DNA from: Gammaproteobacteria bacterium
GTDB lineage: Bacteria; Pseudomonadota; Gammaproteobacteria; JAJPIJ01
Assembly (NCBI GenBank): GCA_041395385.1
Contig: JAWLAN010000014.1
Coordinates: 54,189 to 118,188 of the forward strand
Direction: 5' to 3'
DNA length: 64,000 bases
Shown here piece after piece: positions 57,713 through 64,000 of this stretch. The translations under genes and the position numbers were made by a program. How positions within the stretch are numbered: the stretch's first letter is position 1; every line of letters begins with the position of its first letter. Under the pieces are notes generated by a model. It did not search any database and was not told the origin of the DNA. It saw only the letters and a program-made list of their open reading frames with translations.

Positions 57713-57726
57713 TTGATACGGATCAA
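57713..57726. promoter_or_regulatory. perfect FNR-type box TTGAT-ACGG-ATCAA upstream of the PAS-SARP regulator
   Basis: Its centre is about 73 nt upstream of the ATG at 57793. 'gataat' at 57766-57771 could be a -10 element. Confidence 0.6.
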
Positions 57727-57792
57727 CGTGCGAGCGGGCTTGAACTGCTCGCGGCGTGAACTCAAGATAATGGGTTTTTTGGGGGAGGTCGG

Positions 57793-58962
57793 ATGTCCCG
57801 CGGCCGTCGTCCCGATCTGGTGGAATCTGCCTCGGACGCCGCCCTCGCCGTCGGCGAGGATCTGCGCGTGCTCGCCGGCAACGCGCCCGCCCAGCGGCTG
57901 CTGGGTTACTCCCGTCACGAGATGCAGGGACGGCGCTGCTATGAAGTGCTGCGGGCGGTGCTGCCCACCGGCGCGCCCCTGTGCGGCCCGTCCTGTGACG
58001 GGATTACGTGCGTCGCCCAGTGCAAGCCTTTCTCCGTGCCTGCCTGCCTGGTGCTGCGCAGGGACGGTCAGTGGTTCCCCGTGGCGTTGAGCACCCTCAT
58101 CCTGCCCGGCGCGGTGCGATCGACGGTTCGCATGTTGATACTCATCAGACCGCGCAGCGACCTCGCCGAGGCTGCGGCGTTCGGCTCCTCTCTTCGCATC
58201 TTCACGCTGGGCCGCTTCAGGCTGGTCTTCCGCGGCCGGGACCTGGCCGTGGAGAAGTGGGTGCGCAAGCACGCGGTTCAACTGCTCAAGCTGCTCGCGA
58301 GCTGCCCGGGCCACGCCTTGCATCGCGGGCGCCTGATCGAACGCCTGTGGAGCGAGGCAACCGAGAAGCGCGGGCGCGAGCGCCTGAAGGTCACCGTGTG
58401 CTACCTGCGCCGCCAGTTGATGTCGGTCGGACTGGGCCGCGACGTGGTCGCCAGGGAAGGCGAGTCCTACCTGCTCAGGTGCGAGGCCATGTGGATCGAC
58501 GCGCGCACGTTCGAGCGCCTGGCGGTGCAAGGCATGCGCCTCGCCCAGCAGCACGAGCTCGAGCGCGCCCTGCATTGCTACGAAGACGCCCTGGCGCTCT
58601 ACAAGGGCGATTACCTCGAAGAGGATCTCTACGCCGACTGGTGCGCGGAGGAACGCGAGCGGCTGCGCGAGCTCTGCCTCGAGGTGATCGCGCGGACGGC
58701 GGCCATCCACGCCCGGCTGCGACGCTACGAGCAGGCCGTGCAGCTCTGCCGGCGCGGGCTCATCATGGAGCCGTGCCGCGAGAGCATGCACAGAACGCTG
58801 ATGATGTACCTGTTCCAGCTCGGGCGGCGCAGCTCGGCGCTGGCGCAGTATCGGCGCTGTCGCGAGCTGCTGCGGCGGGAGTTCGGGGTCGAGCCGCTGC
58901 CGATAACCCAGGCCCTTTATCGCCGCATTCTCGAGTCCGGCGCCCTGTCCTTCGACACCTGA
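57793..58962 (+). CDS. transcriptional activator: Cys-rich PAS-like sensor, OmpR-type winged helix and BTAD (SARP family)
   Basis: The PAS-like part is 'LAGNAPAQRLLGYSRHEMQGRRCYEVL', with 'CGPSCDGITCVAQC'. The winged helix is 'LRIFTLGRFRLVFRGRDL'. The BTAD part includes 'ALALYKGDYLEEDLYADW', 'MYLFQLGRRSSALAQYRRCRELLRREFGVEP'. Confidence 0.8.
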   Translation: MSRGRRPDLVESASDAALAVGEDLRVLAGNAPAQRLLGYSRHEMQGRRCYEVLRAVLPTGAPLCGPSCDGITCVAQCKPFSVPACLVLRRDGQWFPVALSTLILPGAVRSTVRMLILIRPRSDLAEAAAFGSSLRIFTLGRFRLVFRGRDLAVEKWVRKHAVQLLKLLASCPGHALHRGRLIERLWSEATEKRGRERLKVTVCYLRRQLMSVGLGRDVVAREGESYLLRCEAMWIDARTFERLAVQGMRLAQQHELERALHCYEDALALYKGDYLEEDLYADWCAEERERLRELCLEVIARTAAIHARLRRYEQAVQLCRRGLIMEPCRESMHRTLMMYLFQLGRRSSALAQYRRCRELLRREFGVEPLPITQALYRRILESGALSFDT

Positions 58963-59173
58963 TCGCCCGGCGACCGCCCGCCGCTCGAACCCGCAATCCC
59001 GCTGCGCATGATCGAGGCGGGCGGCGTTCCCCGCCATCCCCCCGCGGCCCGATCTCCGCCGCGTCTCGCGCCCGCTCCGCCCGTCCGATCGCCACCCGTC
59101 ACACTCGCCGGCGCGGCCATGCGCGCGCGCCGATCAACGCCTGCGCAACGGTGATGCGCCGGGCTCCCGTCGT

Positions 59174-59192
59174 TGTTACCGGACTGTTACCG
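59174..59192 (+). promoter_or_regulatory. tandem direct repeat TGTTACCG x2 with 11-nt periodicity just upstream of a -10-like 'cataca' (candidate SARP binding site)
   Basis: 'TGTTACCGgacTGTTACCG'. The second heptamer ends 7 nt before 'cataca' (59199-59204). The small ORF starts at 59239. Confidence 0.45.
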
Positions 59193-59238
59193 CCGCGCCA
59201 TACACAGTGACTTCAACTCGAGGTCGCGTGCGAGAGCG

Positions 59239-59496
59239 ATGAAGCCGGACGACGACGCTGCGGCATCCTTCGTGGTGCGGATCTGGATGGAACGGACGAC
59301 GAACGGGGAGCCGGCGTGGCGCGGGCACATACGCCACGTCCAGGGCGAGAGCGAGTGCTACTTTCGCGATCTCGGCGAGATGCGCGGGTTCGTCGAGCGG
59401 CTGAGCGGCGTACGCATGGCCTGCCAGCCCACGAGAAGAAAGAGGAGTCAGCGACATGGCGACGCCATCGGCGCGGAAGGGGGTTCGGATGCTTGA
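59239..59496 (+). CDS. small hypothetical protein (85 aa)
   Basis: 'MKPDDDAAASFVVRIWMERTTNGEPAWRGHIRHVQGESECYFRDLGEMRGFVERL'. GC3 is high. Its 3' end contains the SD for the next gene, so the two are probably translationally coupled. Confidence 0.5.
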   Translation: MKPDDDAAASFVVRIWMERTTNGEPAWRGHIRHVQGESECYFRDLGEMRGFVERLSGVRMACQPTRRKRSQRHGDAIGAEGGSDA

Positions 59497-61267
59497 ACGG
59501 TCACCGGCGGCGTCGGCAGCGCGCGCGGCCACGGTGCTGATCGTGGCGACGCTGCCGGGGCTCGCCGCCGCCCAGGGCCTGCCGCCGCCGACGCCCGATT
59601 ACGCGGCGCCGGCGCTCGTGGACAGCCGGCTGGCGGTGTGGGTGGCCGCGCAGTTGCATCTCATGTTCGCCGCCTTCGTCCTGGCCGTCCCGATGTTCGC
59701 GCTGTTCATCGAGTACGTGGGCTGGCGTGCGCGGAAGACCGACCCCGCCTCCGCGCGGCGGCACGACTGGCTCGCCCACGAGATGGCAAGCCTGCTGCCC
59801 ATCGCCTACTCGCTGACGGCGATCACCGGGGCGGCTCTCGGCTTCCTGCTGTTCACCGCCTACCCCCGATTCATGAACTATCTGAGCGGGGTGTTCGGCC
59901 CGACCTTCATCGTCTACCCGCTGTTCTTCATCGCCGAGACCCTTTGCCTCTACTTCTGGTACTACGGCTGGGAGCGCATGCAGGGCGAGCGCAAGTGGCT
60001 GCATCTCGTGCTGGGCCTCGCGCTCAACGTCTTCGGCACCGTCGTCATGTTCATCGCCGACGCCTGGGCCACTTTCATGATGACGCCGGGCGGCGTCGAC
60101 GCGCAGGGGCAGCTGGTCAGCCTCTACGACGCCGTGTGGAACCCCGGCTGGATGCCTCTGAACGTGCACCGACTCATCGCCAACATCACCTTCGGCGCGC
60201 TGCTCTGCTCCGGTTACGCGGCATACCGCTTCCTGCTCGCCCGCACGCGCGCCGAGCGCGCGCTGTACGACTGGATGGGATACACGGGCAACCTGATCGC
60301 GCTGTTTACGATGCTGTTTCTCCCGTTCGCGGGCTACTACTTCGGCTTCGAGCTGTTCGCCTTCTCGGCGACCTACGGCGTGACGCTGATGGGCGGCGTG
60401 CTGTCGTGGCTGTTCATCATCCAGGCGATCGTGATCGCCACGCTGTTCATCGGCGCTGCGTACTACTCCTGGCTCGGTCTGCTGCGCATCCCCGGCTCCG
60501 AGCGGCAGCAGGCCTGGTCCTCCGTGTTCAACGTCCTGCTCATCGGCGGCTTCATGGTCTGGGCCACGCCCCACACCATGGCCGCCTCGCTCGAGGAGTC
60601 CACCGGCGGCTTCCATCCCGTGCTCGGCGCGCTCGGGGTCATGGCGCCGAAGATGATCGCGGTGACGCTGATCCTCGTGGTCCTCTATGGCAGCTACCTG
60701 CTGTACCGGCGCGCCGGCAAGGTGATCACGGTGTCCTGGGGCAGGACCGGGGAGCGGATCCAGTGGAGCCTGGTCGGCCTGACCGGGCTCGTGATCACGG
60801 CGCTCGGCATCTACGGCTACTTCGCGCCGGCCGAGGTCCGCATCCAGACCTCGATCTGGCAGATCGTCGTCCTCATGGCCGGGATCGTGGCGACCTTCAT
60901 ACTCGATCAGTTCCTGATGCGCGGCGCGCGCACCGTCGCGGACGTGCAGTGGGGCGGGATGCCCGGCCGCGGGCAGTACGTGCTGGTCGCGCTCGCCGTC
61001 GTCATCGTGTGGCTGATGGGGCTGATGGGGTATGCACGCAGCGGCGCGCGGCTCAACTGGCACGTCTTCGGCATCATGGAGGACACCTCCGCCGGCGCCG
61101 GGCTGCCCTCCCTGGGTGAGGCGGCCCTCGTCATCACGCTGATCACCGCGATCTTCTTCGCCCTGCTCGCGGTCGGCTTCTACATCTCCGCGCTCGCCCG
61201 TGGAGAAGGCGCGGACGCCGCGGAGCTCGAGTCCGCCGGGCTGCTCGCCGAGGAGGAACGGGCATGA
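59456..61267 (+). CDS. cytochrome bd ubiquinol-oxidase subunit-I-like polytopic membrane protein
   Basis: 603 aa with about 14 TM segments and an ATG preceded by 'aagaggag'. The N-terminal 'AAQLHLMFAAFVLAVPMF' resembles the CydA helix 1 His context, and the C-terminal 'GYARSGARLNWHVFGIM' resembles the CydA 'GRQPW' region. Confidence 0.6.
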   Translation: MATPSARKGVRMLERSPAASAARAATVLIVATLPGLAAAQGLPPPTPDYAAPALVDSRLAVWVAAQLHLMFAAFVLAVPMFALFIEYVGWRARKTDPASARRHDWLAHEMASLLPIAYSLTAITGAALGFLLFTAYPRFMNYLSGVFGPTFIVYPLFFIAETLCLYFWYYGWERMQGERKWLHLVLGLALNVFGTVVMFIADAWATFMMTPGGVDAQGQLVSLYDAVWNPGWMPLNVHRLIANITFGALLCSGYAAYRFLLARTRAERALYDWMGYTGNLIALFTMLFLPFAGYYFGFELFAFSATYGVTLMGGVLSWLFIIQAIVIATLFIGAAYYSWLGLLRIPGSERQQAWSSVFNVLLIGGFMVWATPHTMAASLEESTGGFHPVLGALGVMAPKMIAVTLILVVLYGSYLLYRRAGKVITVSWGRTGERIQWSLVGLTGLVITALGIYGYFAPAEVRIQTSIWQIVVLMAGIVATFILDQFLMRGARTVADVQWGGMPGRGQYVLVALAVVIVWLMGLMGYARSGARLNWHVFGIMEDTSAGAGLPSLGEAALVITLITAIFFALLAVGFYISALARGEGADAAELESAGLLAEEERA

Positions 61268-62103
61268 ACGGGATGCTGCGCCTGTTCACGCCGGCGATCC
61301 CGGCGGCCGTGGCCGTGGGTTTCTTCGTCTCCTTCGCCAACTGGATCCCGCAGACGCACTGGACGCCGCCAAAGAAGCTCGCGCTCACCGCCGATCTCAC
61401 GCCGGCGGAGCTCGCCAGGGCGGGCGCCACCATCGTCCGCGAGCGCGGCTGCATGGCCTGCCACACGATGGAGCCCGGCGCGGGCGTCAAGGGCGGTGGC
61501 CGCGGGCCGAACCTCGACGGCATCGCCGCGCGCCGCGCGCAGGGCGCCGCCGGCGCGGCGGCCAACGCGGTGGATTACCTCGTGCAGAGCCTCTACGAGC
61601 CCGGCGCCCACCTCGTGGAGGGATACCCGAACATCATGCCACCGGCGACCGGCGCCCCCGCCAAGCTCGGCTACGAGGAGGTGACCGCGGTGGTGAACTA
61701 CCTGCAGTCACTCGGGGGCACGGCGTCGGTGAAGATCGGCGAACTGCCCAGACCTGCCGTTGCCGGCACCGCCGCGGCGGCTGAGCCCGCGACCGCGCCG
61801 GCCGTCCCCGCCGCCGCCGGCGGCGCGCAGTTGCTGACCGACATGGGCTGCGTGGCCTGCCACAGCTCGGCGCCCGGCCAGCAGGGGATCGGGCCGGCGC
61901 TCGACGCCGACAGTATCAGGACGGCGGCCGGCGAGCGCCGGATGTCGCCCGAGGCCTACCTCATCGAATCCATCGTCGAGCCGGGGGCATATCAGCGCGA
62001 GGGCTTTCAGGCCGGGCTGATGCCGGCCGACTACGGCGCCAAGCTGACGGCGGCGCAGCTCAAGTCGCTCGTGGACTACCTGCTCGGGGAGGCCGGCTCA
62101 TGA
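61264..62103 (+). CDS. membrane-anchored dihaem c-type cytochrome
   Basis: One N-terminal TM segment and two CxxCH motifs ('CMACH' and 'CVACH'), separated by an Ala/Pro linker. It overlaps the stop of the bd-like gene. Confidence 0.8.
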   Translation: MNGMLRLFTPAIPAAVAVGFFVSFANWIPQTHWTPPKKLALTADLTPAELARAGATIVRERGCMACHTMEPGAGVKGGGRGPNLDGIAARRAQGAAGAAANAVDYLVQSLYEPGAHLVEGYPNIMPPATGAPAKLGYEEVTAVVNYLQSLGGTASVKIGELPRPAVAGTAAAAEPATAPAVPAAAGGAQLLTDMGCVACHSSAPGQQGIGPALDADSIRTAAGERRMSPEAYLIESIVEPGAYQREGFQAGLMPADYGAKLTAAQLKSLVDYLLGEAGS

Positions 62104-62879
62104 AACCCGGTGCCCTCGCCCGCCTCTGCGCGGCCACTCCTCTGCCGACCGGCGTGTTCCTGGTCGCCGCGGGCATCTACGTCGTCCTGAAGCTGGTGCG
62201 GCCGGTGATCCCGCACAGCGTCATCCTGCTGTACATGGGCTTCGTCGTCCTCGGCCTCGTCATCCACGTGACGCTGCGCGACGAACGGATCGAGCGCTTC
62301 AAGGCGTTCTTCGTCGAACAGCGGCCCGGTGAACCGCGCGCCATCCGCGCGCAGCGCTGGGGCCTGCTTGCCGTCCTGCCCCTGTTGCTCGGCTGGTGGG
62401 TATACGACGCCTACCGCCCGCGCTACGCCCCGCCGGTGGAGATCTTCCAGCGCCATCCCACCGTCGGCGAGGAGGTGCTAGGCCGCATCGAGGTCCCGCA
62501 GTGGATCGCAGCCGCGCCGGCGCAGTGGAACGCCGAGCTCGTCAGCGAGGGCAAGAAACTCTACGAGGCCAACTGCGCCGTCTGCCACGGCGAGAAGCTC
62601 GACGGACAGGGCGCGGCGGCCGAGGGGTTCCGCTATCCGATCCGCCCCGCGAACTTCCAGGACCCGGGCACGATCGCCCAGCTCACGCTGCCGTACATGT
62701 ACTGGCGGCTGACCGTCGGCGGCATCCAGAACCAGTTCAACAGCGCGATGCCGCGCTGGGTCGCCCCGTCGGACAACCCCGACGTCTCCACGCTGCACAG
62801 TTACGACTTCACGGAAGAGGAAGCGTGGAAGGTGATCGCCTATCTCTACAAGGCCACCGGCCACGAGCCGAGGCGCTGA
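62100..62879 (+). CDS. membrane-anchored (about 3 TM) monohaem c-type cytochrome
   Basis: 'CAVCHGEKLDGQG' follows three hydrophobic helices. There is an ATGA overlap with the upstream gene. Confidence 0.8.
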   Translation: MKPGALARLCAATPLPTGVFLVAAGIYVVLKLVRPVIPHSVILLYMGFVVLGLVIHVTLRDERIERFKAFFVEQRPGEPRAIRAQRWGLLAVLPLLLGWWVYDAYRPRYAPPVEIFQRHPTVGEEVLGRIEVPQWIAAAPAQWNAELVSEGKKLYEANCAVCHGEKLDGQGAAAEGFRYPIRPANFQDPGTIAQLTLPYMYWRLTVGGIQNQFNSAMPRWVAPSDNPDVSTLHSYDFTEEEAWKVIAYLYKATGHEPRR

Positions 62880-62901
62880 CACGGCAGCGAGGACACGAAC
62901 G

Positions 62902-64000
62902 ATGAGCGAGCGGGAGTTCACGCGAAGGCAGTTCCTGAAGCGTACCGGCGTGCTCGCGGGCGGGGCGCTCGCCGGCTTGTCGGCGGATCTCGCGTTCGCG
63001 GGCCAGGCGCTCGCGCCGGTGCCGGACATCGCCAATCCGCTCGAGTACTACCCGGATCGCGACTGGGAGGAGGTCTATCGCGATCAGTACCGCTACGACC
63101 GCAGCTTCACCTACATCTGCGCGCCGAACGACACCCACATGTGCCGCGTGCGCGCCTTCGTGCGCAACGGCGTCATGGTCCGCATGGAACAGAACTACGA
63201 TCATCAGAAGTACAAGGACCTGTACGGCAACCAGGCGACCCAAGCCTGGAATCCGCGCATGTGCCTGAAGGGCTTCACCATGCACCGGCGCGTCTACGGT
63301 CCCTATCGCGCCAAGGGCCCCATGATACGCAAGGGCTGGAAGGAGTGGGCCGACGATGGCTTTCCAGCCCTGTCCGACGATCCGGCGCTGCGCAGCAAGT
63401 ACCGGTTCGACGCCCGCGGCACCGATCAATTCGTGCGCGCAAGCTGGGAGGAGGCGAGCGGTTACCTCGCCCGCGCGCTGATCGCCATCGCCAGGACCTA
63501 CAGCGGCGAGGAAGGCCGCCGGCGGCTGATCGAGAAGGACGGCTACCCCGAGGAGATGCTCGAGCACTGGGAGGACGCGGGCACCCGGGTGATGAAACTC
63601 GGCAGTTCACTGCCGCTGCACGGCGTGGTGGGCAAGTTCGGCATCTTCCGCATGGCCAACCTGATCGGACTGATCGACGCCCATGTGCGCGGGGTGGGGC
63701 CGGAGGAGGCCCGCGGCGCGCGCGAGTGGTCCGAGTACACGTGGCGCGGCGACCAGGCGCCCGGGCAGCCCTTCGTCCACGGCCTGCAGACCTCCGACAT
63801 CGATCTGAACGACCTGCGCTTCAGCAAGTTCACGGTGCAGGTCGGCAAGAACCTGATCGAGAACAAGATGCCGGAGGCGCACTGGCTGACCGAGATCATG
63901 GAGCGCGGCGGCCGCATCGCGGTGATCGCTCCCGAGTACAACCCCTCGGCGAGCAAGGCCGACTACTGGATCTCGGTGCGGCCGGGACTCTCCGACACGG
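62902..64000 (+). CDS. Tat-exported type II DMSO-reductase-family molybdoenzyme alpha subunit (NarG/NxrA-like), partial
   Basis: Not in the ORF track because it is open to the right edge. My translation is 'MSEREFTRRQFLKRTGVLAGGALAGL...', giving a Tat motif. 'FTYICAPNDTHMCRVRAFVRNGVMVRMEQNYD' gives C-x3-D-x3-C where NarG has H-x3-C-x3-C. 'YTWRGDQAPGQPFVHGLQTSD' and 'RIAVIAPEYN' are also present. Confidence 0.8.
   Translation, partial: MSEREFTRRQFLKRTGVLAGGALAGLSADLAFAGQALAPVPDIANPLEYYPDRDWEEVYRDQYRYDRSFTYICAPNDTHMCRVRAFVRNGVMVRMEQNYDHQKYKDLYGNQATQAWNPRMCLKGFTMHRRVYGPYRAKGPMIRKGWKEWADDGFPALSDDPALRSKYRFDARGTDQFVRASWEEASGYLARALIAIARTYSGEEGRRRLIEKDGYPEEMLEHWEDAGTRVMKLGSSLPLHGVVGKFGIFRMANLIGLIDAHVRGVGPEEARGAREWSEYTWRGDQAPGQPFVHGLQTSDIDLNDLRFSKFTVQVGKNLIENKMPEAHWLTEIMERGGRIAVIAPEYNPSASKADYWISVRPGLSDT

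Overview
High-GC proteobacterial (gammaproteobacterium-like) chromosomal segment with about 60 protein genes, one tRNA, and no CRISPR array or intact IS element. Left to right: (1) a minus-strand operon joined by 4-nt overlaps (nitroreductase, asparaginase, YjbQ, PQQ-dependent dehydrogenase, partial hypothetical). (2) Housekeeping genes: slt, cca, AAA ATPase, tag, a histone H1-like protein, a MidA-type methyltransferase, folB and plsY, then divergent tsaD and the macromolecular-synthesis operon rpsU-yqeY-dnaG-rpoD. (3) A tRNA(CAT) followed by an accessory stretch of visibly patchier GC. It holds a NapF-like ferredoxin, a DUF1353 lipoprotein, a frameshifted DUF326 copper-binding gene, a serine-recombinase relic, a divergent CDF/RcnR-family metal-efflux pair with a perfect TACT-N7-AGTA operator, and MarR plus an NTF2-like gene. 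(4) A betaine/dimethylglycine cluster: DeoR regulator, ProXVW-type ABC transporter, choline-kinase-like protein, DMG/sarcosine dehydrogenase and EtfBA. (5) A trypsin-like protease with a PEP/VPLPA-CTERM-like tail whose 3' end is duplicated about 1.1 kb away. (6) pqqA-pqqD-pqqE with no pqqB or pqqC, followed by serC and a degenerate DHODH-like gene. (7) Downstream of an FNR-type box, a tightly packed gene string: molybdopterin oxidoreductase, TIM-barrel protein, B12-radical-SAM, NAD-dehydrogenase, ubiU and ubiV. It is followed by ubiT, ubiD and a second B12-radical-SAM gene. (8) A Cys-rich PAS-SARP regulator, also behind an FNR-type box, upstream of an operon for a small ORF, a cytochrome-bd-subunit-I-like membrane protein, two membrane-anchored c-type cytochromes and a Tat-exported NarG/NxrA-like molybdoenzyme that runs off the window. 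The most interesting candidates are (8) and (7). At least four genes carry small frame-breaking indels, so assembly quality versus real gene decay needs checking. All calls rest on reading the supplied translations and DNA by eye; no searches were run.
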